Positions 46,502 to 55,074 of a DNA stretch of 64,000 nucleotides are shown piece after piece. Position 1 is the stretch's first letter. Each line of letters starts with the position of its first letter. The position numbers and the translations under genes were made by a program. Source of the DNA: Bacteroidota bacterium (GTDB taxonomy: Bacteria > Bacteroidota > Bacteroidia > Bacteroidales > CAIWKO01); assembly GCA_037133915.1 (NCBI GenBank), contig JBAXND010000005.1, positions 488-64,487 of the forward strand, written 5' to 3'. The notes under the pieces were generated by a model. It was not told where the DNA came from and made no database searches. It saw only the letters and a program-made list of their open reading frames with translations.

Positions 46502-47501
46502 TTTTTACAGAATTGATAATTGGAAGCAAGATCAGAGCGATAATTCCCGCTATTATTATAGAAATTGTTTGAGTCCCCCATAACAGCCATCCCAGTGCGT
46601 AGGATGTGGCAGATGCAGCACCATAAAGACCCAGTGTTTCTTTTACAAGAATGGGGTAAATGCCAACGCCTCCCGGCAACAGCATAATTCCGATAGTGCC
46701 AATAACCAGCACCGAAAATGCCGGCACCGGCCCAAATCCTGCCATTTCTGTCAGGCTGAAGAATACAATCCAGGTCATTAAAAAATAACAAACCCAGATA
46801 CCAAGCGTATAGATGATGAAAAGAACAGGCTTTTTTATCTTCGATATGGACTTTAAGCCTATCCAAAAACCTTTCACGATACCAATGATTACACCGTAGG
46901 GGCGGAAACGCAATAGTTTTTTATGATAAATAATAGTCAACGTAAACAGGACCACAATTAATAACATCGCGGCCCAAAGAATATATCCTTTGCCAATCCA
47001 TTCAAACTTCTGAGCAAGCGGAGCGTAAAAGTTAGCAGATACATATTCCTTCAGCGTGTCGTACTGGATAAGAAAATTCACAAAAAACAGCACAATAAAA
47101 GTTACTAAATCCAGGGCACGCTCAGAAATTACGGTCCCGAAGGATACCGTGAAAGGCACTTTTTCATATTTGTTCAACAGCCCGCAGCGGCTTACTTCGC
47201 CTAGCCGTGGCAGCGCCAGATTCGCAAAATATCCTATCATTAATGAAAGAAAGGTGTTCATAAATCCGGGGTTGTTGCCGGAAGCCTTTAATAGCATTTG
47301 CCAACGAAGTGTGCGGATAATATGACTAAGTAAGGCGACAGCTACACTTAACAAAATGATATAATAATTGGCATTTGTAAACGACTCAATAATCCGCGAT
47401 TTGTCGTCAGAGGTAAGCTTATTATAGAAGTACCAGATAAGAAAAACCCCTATTCCAAGGAACAGAATGACTTTAAGGATATCCAGCAGTTTCTTCTTCA
47501 C
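46473..47501 (-). CDS. Lysylphosphatidylglycerol-synthase-TM-like (UPF0104, flippase-like) membrane protein
   Basis: 342 aa with about 8 TM helices and LPRLGEVSRCGLL, typical of the family. Confidence 0.7.
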   Translation of the reverse strand: MKKKLLDILKVILFLGIGVFLIWYFYNKLTSDDKSRIIESFTNANYYIILLSVAVALLSHIIRTLRWQMLLKASGNNPGFMNTFLSLMIGYFANLALPRLGEVSRCGLLNKYEKVPFTVSFGTVISERALDLVTFIVLFFVNFLIQYDTLKEYVSANFYAPLAQKFEWIGKGYILWAAMLLIVVLFTLTIIYHKKLLRFRPYGVIIGIVKGFWIGLKSISKIKKPVLFIIYTLGIWVCYFLMTWIVFFSLTEMAGFGPVPAFSVLVIGTIGIMLLPGGVGIYPILVKETLGLYGAASATSYALGWLLWGTQTISIIIAGIIALILLPIINSVKNGTASNNSK

Positions 47502-47506
47502 GGGAA

Positions 47507-47860
47507 TTATTTCAGGATTTTATTTGTAATTGAATCGGGGAAAATCACCACCGGTTTAAACGTTTTTGCTTCTTCAAAATCCAAAATGCCAAAAGACATT
47601 ATTATTACGATATCTCCAACCATTGCCTTACGTGCGGCCGGACCATTTATACCGATATCTCCGGAGCCGCGCTTTCCTTTAATAACATAGGTTTCCAGAC
47701 GTTCACCATTATTACGGTTCACCACTTGTACCTTTTCGTTTTCAATAATATTGGCTGCATCCATCAGGTCTTCGTCAATGGTAATGCTGCCAATGTAATC
47801 AATCTCAGAATGAGTGACTGTTACCCTGTGTATCTTGCTTTTAAGTATTTCTATCTGCAT
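47507..47860 (-). CDS. panD: Aspartate 1-decarboxylase
   Basis: [29 protein letters not shown] contains the Gly-Ser self-processing site. 117 aa. Confidence 0.95.
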   Translation of the reverse strand: MQIEILKSKIHRVTVTHSEIDYIGSITIDEDLMDAANIIENEKVQVVNRNNGERLETYVIKGKRGSGDIGINGPAARKAMVGDIVIIMSFGILDFEEAKTFKPVVIFPDSITNKILK

Positions 47861-47875
47861 AAGGCTGCAAAACTA

Positions 47876-48718
47876 CTAATAATATTTAATATTGTCGATA
47901 AGACGCACGGGACCTACAAATACAGCTATAAATCCAATGGCGGTATTTCGGGCATTCCATGCATTAACAGGTAACAGCGCTTTGTTGTCAGCGATTTCGA
48001 AATAATCGAGTTTCAAGCCATCAATTCGATTACATTCATCGGTTACCCATTCCCTGATTTGATCGGGGCTGCACGTGCTGCTCATTTGAAGTGTATGCCG
48101 CATGATCCGGGGAACATGGGATGCGCATTCACGCTCTTTTACATTTAATCTTCGATTTCTGGAGCTCATTGCCAGACCATCAGCCTCCCTTACAATAGGG
48201 CAGTTAACGATTTTTACCGGCAGATTTAGTTGTTGCACAAGGCGCTCCACGATTAATAGCTGCTGAAAGTCTTTTTCACCAAAATAAGCCTTATCCGGAG
48301 TCGTTATTTCAAAAAGTTTTTTAACAACAATAGCGACACCATTGAAATGCCCGGGTCTGAATTCACCTTCCATTTGCCGTTCAAGACCGTCGAAATGATA
48401 TTCAGCAGTTTCTGGAACAGGGTACATTTCTTCGGCTGTAGGTTCAAACAGTATATCACAGCCAACAGAGGTAAGCATTAGTGCATCTTGCTCAGCATCA
48501 CGCGGATAGTTAGTATAATCTGCGGTGTTATTAAATTGTATGGGATTTACGAATATACTGACTATGCATATGTCGTTTTCTTCTTTGCACCGTTTTACCA
48601 GTGCCAGATGTCCCTCGTGTAGTGCGCCCATTGTAGGAACAAAACCTACCGTAACTTGCTTAATGTGTAAAACATCTGACAAGGATTTCGCTTCTGAAAT
48701 TTTTCTGATAATCTTCAT
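47876..48718 (-). CDS. panC: Pantoate--beta-alanine ligase
   Basis: VPTMGALHEGHLALV (HxGH), FVNPIQF and SSRN motifs. Confidence 0.95.
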   Translation of the reverse strand: MKIIRKISEAKSLSDVLHIKQVTVGFVPTMGALHEGHLALVKRCKEENDICIVSIFVNPIQFNNTADYTNYPRDAEQDALMLTSVGCDILFEPTAEEMYPVPETAEYHFDGLERQMEGEFRPGHFNGVAIVVKKLFEITTPDKAYFGEKDFQQLLIVERLVQQLNLPVKIVNCPIVREADGLAMSSRNRRLNVKERECASHVPRIMRHTLQMSSTCSPDQIREWVTDECNRIDGLKLDYFEIADNKALLPVNAWNARNTAIGFIAVFVGPVRLIDNIKYY

Positions 48719-48737
48719 TTTGAATAAAAAAAGAAGG

Positions 48738-48745
48738 CAAAGATA
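48738..48745 (-). promoter_or_regulatory. Candidate -7 box (TATCTTTG) for panC
   Basis: TAnnTTTG on the minus strand, 20 nt upstream of the panC ATG. Confidence 0.4.
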
Positions 48746-48827
48746 CCAAAGTATAACTTTATGCCGTTTAAATGACCATAAATAAAAAAACCTGCATAAT
48801 TAAATGCATTAATTCAGGATTTTTCCG

Positions 48828-48835
48828 TACCTTTG
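48828..48835 (+). promoter_or_regulatory. Candidate -7 box (TACCTTTG) for the glycogen-synthase-like gene
   Basis: TAnnTTTG located 44 nt upstream of the ATG at 48879. Confidence 0.4.
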
Positions 48836-48878
48836 CCTACCCTTAGCAGAAAGAAAACAAACTAACCTCCCTCAGGAT

Positions 48879-49703
48879 ATGTCCAAACACAAAATCTTAT
48901 TTGTTAATCAGGAAATCGTCCCTTACCTGGAAGAAAGCCCCATGGGTCATATTGGCCGCCACCTTCCGCAGGGTATTCAGGAAAAAGGTAAAGAAATCAG
49001 GACGTTCATGCCTCGTTATGGTTGTGTAAACGAACGCAGAAACCAGTTGCATGAGGTCATTCGCTTATCAGGGATGAATCTTATCATTGATGACACCGAT
49101 CATCCGCTTATCATTAAAGTAGCCTCTATTCAGAGCGCACGCCTTCAGGTATATTTCATAGACAATGAGGATTATTTCCATAGAAAATACACGTTTCACG
49201 ATAAAAATGGCACTTTTTTCAATGATAACGATGAACGCGCCATTTTTTATTCAAGGGGCGTTTTGGAAACTGTAAAGAAACTTGGTTGGGCTCCGGATAT
49301 CGTACATTGCCATGGATGGATTTCCAGCCTCGTTCCTCTCTACATCAAAAGAGCATTTAAAGACAACCCTATTTTCAGCGAAACTAAAGTTATTGTTTCA
49401 TTGTACGACGACGGTTTTAAAGAAAGCCTGAGCAAGGATTTCGCAAAAAAAGTAAAGCACGAAGGTATTGCAGACAAAGACCTGAAGCATTACAAAAATG
49501 CGAACTACATAAGCATGATGAAAGGAGCTATTGATTTTTCGGATGCCGTTGTATGCGGTGCGGAAAACATAGAAGCCGAATTGTTGGATTATGCTAAAAA
49601 GAGCGGCAAGCCGATTCTTAAATACACACCTGCTGAAAAATATATTGAAGCATACGATCATTTCTACGACGAACTTCTTGTCAATGAAGAAGTATTAATG
49701 TAG
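48879..49703 (+). CDS. Short (N-terminal-domain-only) glycogen/starch synthase-like protein
   Basis: 274 aa. KILFVNQEIVPYLEESPMG...HCHGWISSLVPLYIK resembles the GT5 N-terminal Rossmann half. No C-terminal GT-B half is encoded. Confidence 0.7.
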   Translation: MSKHKILFVNQEIVPYLEESPMGHIGRHLPQGIQEKGKEIRTFMPRYGCVNERRNQLHEVIRLSGMNLIIDDTDHPLIIKVASIQSARLQVYFIDNEDYFHRKYTFHDKNGTFFNDNDERAIFYSRGVLETVKKLGWAPDIVHCHGWISSLVPLYIKRAFKDNPIFSETKVIVSLYDDGFKESLSKDFAKKVKHEGIADKDLKHYKNANYISMMKGAIDFSDAVVCGAENIEAELLDYAKKSGKPILKYTPAEKYIEAYDHFYDELLVNEEVLM

Positions 49704-49729
49704 GCTTTGCCGATAAAACTTTTCCGAAT

Positions 49730-51040
49730 TTGAAACATTTGCGTATTATTTTAAGGCTCCTTGCTGCCTCATGGATATTCGCCCTGCTGTTTGTTTCATG
49801 CAAACAGGATGAGCAATTAGGTCTTGAAGTGCAGCCACCCGAAGATAGGTTGGGCGTGTGTTTTACAGATACCTGTTCTGTATTTGCCTATTCCGTTTGG
49901 GATAAAGCTATCCGTACAGATGAAGCGCTCTATAATGTGATTGGCTGCTACCGCGATCCCATATTCGGATTGACTACAGCCTGCTCTTACACGCAATTTC
50001 ATATGCCGGAAAATGCCTTGACGTTTGGGACAAATCCTGTACCCGACTCCTTGGTTCTTTGCCTCGCTTATGCAGGGCAGTATGGCGACAGTACTGAAGC
50101 GCTGACATTTTTTGTGAACGAAATTGCAGAAAATCTTTATCTTGACAGTGCCTACCATTCTGATGATAAAAGTACCGTGTTTAAAAATGTTCTGGGTACG
50201 AAAACCTTTGTTCCTAAAATTCATGACAGCGTTTTTGTCGATGGTATAAACAACATTGCCCATCTTCGTATAAAACTTAGTCAGAACCTTGCGCAAAAAT
50301 TTATTGATGCGTCCGGCACTTCTGATTTGGCTGATAATACAAGCTTTGTTTCCTTCTTCAAAGGCCTTCGTATTTCATCCATGCCTGAGTTTTCTTCTGG
50401 TTCGGTTCAGAGCTTTGGGTTCCTTTCAAGTGGTACAAAACTCGTTTTGTACTATCATAACGACTCAGATACCACAAGCCAGAAATTTGTTATTGACGAG
50501 AAGTGTGCACGATACAACGCTTTTGAGCATTATGGCTATGGTCAGGCAGATCCAATGCTGAAAAATCAGATTCTGAACGGAGATACTCTTGCTCCGAATT
50601 CATTGTATTTGCAGGCAATGGGCGGGCTCAAAGTTAAGCTTCAGTTCCCGCACATACTCGATCTTGTGAGCAAAAACCAGATTGCAATTGACAAAGCTGT
50701 GCTTGTCGTTAAAGTTGATGAGACAACAATCGGAACGCTCAATCCTCCGGTTAATTTGGCGTTGATAAAAATAAACAACGACGGCACGTTTTCATTTTTG
50801 CCTGATCAATATTTTGGAACGTCTTACTTCGGTGGCTCCTATGATGCCTCAACACATGAATACCGATTCACGATTTCTAAATACATTCAGGATCTGTTGC
50901 TTTACGGAAGCGGTTATGATAAAGGATTGTATCTTGCCGTTTCAGGTGCAGCAATATATGGTAACAGAGTTGTTATTAATGGCAGCGGAAATACAAACGG
51001 AAAGCTCCGTCTTGAAATTACTTATACTAAAATAAACTGA
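49730..51040 (+). CDS. DUF4270-like lipoprotein (TTG start)
   Basis: Lipobox LLFVSCK. Its position between the short glycogen synthase and glmS is the usual Bacteroidota context for DUF4270. Confidence 0.6.
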   Translation: MKHLRIILRLLAASWIFALLFVSCKQDEQLGLEVQPPEDRLGVCFTDTCSVFAYSVWDKAIRTDEALYNVIGCYRDPIFGLTTACSYTQFHMPENALTFGTNPVPDSLVLCLAYAGQYGDSTEALTFFVNEIAENLYLDSAYHSDDKSTVFKNVLGTKTFVPKIHDSVFVDGINNIAHLRIKLSQNLAQKFIDASGTSDLADNTSFVSFFKGLRISSMPEFSSGSVQSFGFLSSGTKLVLYYHNDSDTTSQKFVIDEKCARYNAFEHYGYGQADPMLKNQILNGDTLAPNSLYLQAMGGLKVKLQFPHILDLVSKNQIAIDKAVLVVKVDETTIGTLNPPVNLALIKINNDGTFSFLPDQYFGTSYFGGSYDASTHEYRFTISKYIQDLLLYGSGYDKGLYLAVSGAAIYGNRVVINGSGNTNGKLRLEITYTKIN

Positions 51041-51046
51041 TCAATT

Positions 51047-52888
51047 ATGTGCGGTATAGTTGCATATGTTGGCCCCAAGCAGGCCTACCCCATATTGATG
51101 AAAGGTCTTTACAGACTTGAATACAGAGGCTACGATAGCGCTGGTCTTGCACTTCTGAACGGAGGCGCGATAAACCTGTATAAAAACAAAGGCAAGGTTT
51201 CGGCACTCGAAGAATGCGTTAAAGGTCAGGATGTTGGCGGAAATATCGGAATTGCTCACACACGTTGGGCTACCCACGGCGAACCCAATGATGTGAATGC
51301 GCATCCGCACTTTTCACCATCGAAAAAACTTGCCATCATTCATAACGGTATTATCGAGAATTATGCTGCACTGAGGGAAGAACTGAAATCACGCGGATAT
51401 ATTTTTGAAAGCAACACAGATACAGAAGTACTGATTCATCTGATAGAAGATATCCGCACGAAAGAAAAACTTAATCTCCCTGAAGCAGTTATGATGGCGC
51501 TGAATCAGGTTATCGGGGCATACGCTATTGTAATTATTGCGGAAGAAGATCCGGATATGCTCATAGCCGCACGTAAAGGCAGCCCATTGGTCATTGGAAT
51601 TGGTGAAGATGAATTTTTTGTTGCCTCCGACGCAACTCCTATTATTGAACATACCAAAAATGTGGTTTATCTCAATGATGAAGAAGTTGCCATTATCAGG
51701 CGCAACGAAGAATTGAAGATAAAGACTATTCGCAATAAAGATAAAACCCTCTACATTCAGGAACTGGAAATGAATCTTAGCGCCATCGAAAAAGGCGGAT
51801 TTGAGCATTTCATGCTGAAGGAGATATACGAGCAGCCCCGTTCCATACGCGACTGTATGAGAGGACGCATGAATTCCGAAACAGGCACGGTGTCGCTGGG
51901 CGGTATTGTAGATTATATCGAGAAGTTTAAAAATGCAAACCGTATCATTTTTGTTGCTTGTGGCACATCATGGCACGCAGGTCTTGTTGGTGAATATCTT
52001 TTCGAAGAACTGGCTAGGGTTCCCGTTGAAGTGGAGTATGCTTCTGAATTCAGGTACAGGAATCCCGTTATATATGAAGATGATATCGTAATTGCCATTT
52101 CACAGTCGGGTGAAACTGCCGATACGCTGGCTGCACTTGACCTGGCAAAATCCAAAGGCGCGACAATTATCGGCATCTGTAATGTGGTGGGTTCATCCAT
52201 TGCACGTGCAACCGACGCCGGAAGTTACACGCATGCAGGTCCGGAAATCGGCGTTGCTTCTACAAAAGCATTTACAGCGCAGGTTACCATCCTTACCCTG
52301 ATGGCACTCATGATTGCCGACAAAAAAGGCACCATCTCAAAATCCAGATTCTATCAAATTATCAATGAGCTGGAAGGCATTCCTGCCAAGGTTGAGAAAA
52401 CACTCGCTGCCAGCGAAACAATCAAAGCGATAGCCGCCAAATTTAAAGATGCAAGTAATTTCCTGTATCTCGGTCGCGGATATAATTTCCCGGTGGCGCT
52501 TGAGGGTGCATTAAAACTAAAAGAGATATCATACATTCATGCCGAAGGATATCCTGCAGCTGAAATGAAACATGGCCCGATTGCCCTCATCGATAAAGAT
52601 ATGCCGGTGGTTGTAATAGCGACCAATAAGGGCACGTATGAAAAGGTGCTTTCAAATATCGAGGAAGTAAAAGCCCGTAAAGGCGTTATCATTGCCATTG
52701 TTACCCAAGGCGACGTTGCCGTTAAAAAACTGGCTGATTATACGATTGAAATTCCGGAAACGGAAGAAATGCTGATACCGCTTTTAGCCACTATTCCACT
52801 TCAGCTGCTTTCATATTATATTGCAGTAATGAGAAAGTGTAACGTGGATATGCCCAGGAACCTTGCCAAATCTGTGACTGTTGAATAA
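51047..52888 (+). CDS. glmS: Glutamine--fructose-6-phosphate aminotransferase
   Basis: An MCGIVAYVG N-terminal nucleophile, two SIS domains and the C-terminal ...PRNLAKSVTVE. Confidence 0.97.
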   Translation: MCGIVAYVGPKQAYPILMKGLYRLEYRGYDSAGLALLNGGAINLYKNKGKVSALEECVKGQDVGGNIGIAHTRWATHGEPNDVNAHPHFSPSKKLAIIHNGIIENYAALREELKSRGYIFESNTDTEVLIHLIEDIRTKEKLNLPEAVMMALNQVIGAYAIVIIAEEDPDMLIAARKGSPLVIGIGEDEFFVASDATPIIEHTKNVVYLNDEEVAIIRRNEELKIKTIRNKDKTLYIQELEMNLSAIEKGGFEHFMLKEIYEQPRSIRDCMRGRMNSETGTVSLGGIVDYIEKFKNANRIIFVACGTSWHAGLVGEYLFEELARVPVEVEYASEFRYRNPVIYEDDIVIAISQSGETADTLAALDLAKSKGATIIGICNVVGSSIARATDAGSYTHAGPEIGVASTKAFTAQVTILTLMALMIADKKGTISKSRFYQIINELEGIPAKVEKTLAASETIKAIAAKFKDASNFLYLGRGYNFPVALEGALKLKEISYIHAEGYPAAEMKHGPIALIDKDMPVVVIATNKGTYEKVLSNIEEVKARKGVIIAIVTQGDVAVKKLADYTIEIPETEEMLIPLLATIPLQLLSYYIAVMRKCNVDMPRNLAKSVTVE

Positions 52889-52948
52889 ATGCGTGTGGGT
52901 ATAATAAGCCACCGTATTTGTTTACCACAGGGTAAGTAAATTTGAATA

Positions 52949-54043
52949 ATGAGAGTCAAAGATATAATCGTATTTTTTGAAAAGATTGCCCCTGTCAGCC
53001 TGAAAGAATCGTACGACAATGTCGGTTTACTCGTTGGCAGTAACGAAAAAGAGATCAGCAAAGCGCTCATCTGTATCGATGTTACACAGGCAATTTTGGA
53101 TGAGGCCGTAAGCAAGGGTTGTGACCTCATTATTTCTCATCATCCTCTGATATTTAGTCCAATAAAGAATGTTACGGGGCAAACGCCCACCGGTCAGATT
53201 ATCATCAGTGCGATCAAAAATGATATTGCTGTTTACGCCATCCATACCAATATTGATAACTCTATACTCGGTTTTAACAGCCTGGCTGCAGAGAAAATGG
53301 GATTGACCGATGTTACAATATTAAGTCCTAAAACAGGATTGCTCAGGAAGCTCGTTACTTTTTGTCCCGACGAACATGCTCCGGCAGTTCGTGATGCATT
53401 ATTTGCCGCAGGTTGCGGACACATTGGTAATTATGATTCCTGTAGTTATAACCTCAATGGGCAGGGTTCTTTTCGCGGTCTTGAAAACGCCCATCCTTTT
53501 GTTGGAACTCCCGGTATCATTCATTTTGAAAACGAAGTTCGGATAGAAACAATATTTCCTTCATCGATGCAGTCATCAGTGCTGAAAGCTCTGTTTGCGG
53601 CCCATCCATACGAAGAAGTTGCGTATGATATTTATCCGCTTGACAACGATTATAAGGGCGCCGGATCGGGCGTTATCGGAACCCTGAAACCGGGCGTTGC
53701 TGCGTCGGATTTGATGGTTATGCTTAAAGACATTTTTAAAATTCCATGCATCCGCCATTCTGACCCTATTGAAAAAGAAATACGTAAAGTGGCTTTTTGC
53801 GGCGGCGCCGGGAGTTTTCTGGCGCGTGAAGCTAAAGCTAAAGGTGCTGATATTCTCATCACAGGCGACCTGAAATACCATGATTTTGCCAACGCAGATT
53901 CTGAATTTATGCTGGCAGATATTGGTCATTTTGAAAGCGAATTTTGTTTTAGGGAACATATTCAGTCACTTATGAACAAAAAATTTGCTACTTTTGCAGT
54001 TCTTTTATCAGAAGCAGAAGAAAATCCCATTAATTATCTGTAA
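52949..54043 (+). CDS. Nif3-like dinuclear metal centre protein (with an inserted PII-like domain)
   Basis: DNVGLLVG, ISHHPLIF, ...HTNID... and GHFESE motifs. 364 aa. Confidence 0.85.
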   Translation: MRVKDIIVFFEKIAPVSLKESYDNVGLLVGSNEKEISKALICIDVTQAILDEAVSKGCDLIISHHPLIFSPIKNVTGQTPTGQIIISAIKNDIAVYAIHTNIDNSILGFNSLAAEKMGLTDVTILSPKTGLLRKLVTFCPDEHAPAVRDALFAAGCGHIGNYDSCSYNLNGQGSFRGLENAHPFVGTPGIIHFENEVRIETIFPSSMQSSVLKALFAAHPYEEVAYDIYPLDNDYKGAGSGVIGTLKPGVAASDLMVMLKDIFKIPCIRHSDPIEKEIRKVAFCGGAGSFLAREAKAKGADILITGDLKYHDFANADSEFMLADIGHFESEFCFREHIQSLMNKKFATFAVLLSEAEENPINYL

Positions 54044-54064
54044 AACAATAAATTAATTATAATT

Positions 54065-54952
54065 ATGGCAAAGACACCTCCCAAAAGCACCTCAGCAAAA
54101 TCAGCCGCAACAAAAGTTGACGCCCTTGATAAAAAGGCAAAAAATACTGATATCTCTGCTGAAGAAGTTGAAGTAGCGAAAAAAACCGTCAAAAGCCAAT
54201 CCGACGATAAAGCTGAAATTTCTATCGAGAAAAAGCTTGTTGCCCTTTATCAGCTGCAGCAGATAGATACTGAGATAAACAAAATTCATATTGTTCGCGG
54301 TGAGCTTCCTCTGGAAGTACAGGATCTGGAAGATGAAATAGAAGGGTTGGATGTTCGTCTAGAAAATTACAAGAAAGAAACTGAAACGCTGGAGACTTCT
54401 ATAAAAGAAAAGAAGACTGCCATAAAGGATTTTCAGACTGCCATCAAGAAATATGAAACTCAGCAAATGAGTGTGAGGAATAATCGTGAATACGATTCTG
54501 TTACAAAAGAAATCGAGTTCCAGACCCTCGAAATACAGCTTTGCGAAAAAAAGATTCGCGAATTTACGACTGCCCTTGATGCGAAAAAGGAAACTATTGA
54601 CAAAACAAAAGTGGCTTTAAAAGAGCGCACCGACGACCTGAAACAGAAAAAAGCCGAACTTGACGACATTGTGAACGAAACCGAAAAAGAAGAAAATAAA
54701 CTGCTGAAAAAGTCGTTGGATAATCAAAAATATGTTGAAGATCGCCTGCTGACAGCGTATCAGAAAATTAAGCAAAATGTTCGCAATGGCCTGGCCGTTG
54801 TTGTTGTGGAACGTGATGCTTGCGGCGGCTGTTTCAATAAAATTCCACCCCAAAGACAACTTGATATTCAGATGCACAAAAAAATTATCGTTTGCGAGTA
54901 TTGCGGAAGGATTCTTGTCGACATTTCCATCGCAGAACTTGCGCAGGAATAG
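54065..54952 (+). CDS. Coiled-coil / C4 zinc-ribbon protein (COG1579-type), the usual partner of Nif3
   Basis: A long coiled coil followed by CGGCFNKIPPQ...IVCEYCGRIL. It carries an extra Lys/Ala-rich N-terminal extension of about 55 aa. Confidence 0.75.
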   Translation: MAKTPPKSTSAKSAATKVDALDKKAKNTDISAEEVEVAKKTVKSQSDDKAEISIEKKLVALYQLQQIDTEINKIHIVRGELPLEVQDLEDEIEGLDVRLENYKKETETLETSIKEKKTAIKDFQTAIKKYETQQMSVRNNREYDSVTKEIEFQTLEIQLCEKKIREFTTALDAKKETIDKTKVALKERTDDLKQKKAELDDIVNETEKEENKLLKKSLDNQKYVEDRLLTAYQKIKQNVRNGLAVVVVERDACGGCFNKIPPQRQLDIQMHKKIIVCEYCGRILVDISIAELAQE

Positions 54953-54979
54953 TACAATATTTTACCTGTTTTGATAAAA

Positions 54980-55008
54980 AGCTGCCTCAACCGGGTGGCT
55001 TTTTTTTA
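54980..55008 (+). terminator. Rho-independent terminator
   Basis: AGCTGCC-TCAACCG-GGTGGCT forms a 7-bp stem (2 G-U pairs) followed by a T7 run. Confidence 0.7.
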
Positions 55009-55074
55009 TCGGGAAGCCCGAGTAATTATAATTATTGGGAAGGATGGCACACTCTCTATCGGTGCTTATTGGAA

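Noticed and set aside
51041-51046. glmS ribozyme or other leader upstream of glmS
   Set aside because: glmS starts 6 nt after the preceding stop codon, leaving no room for a riboswitch or ribozyme.
52937-52944. TAAATTTG box upstream of the nif3-like gene
   Set aside because: It ends only 4 nt before the ATG, so a transcript starting about 7 nt downstream would begin inside the coding sequence. It is probably a chance match.
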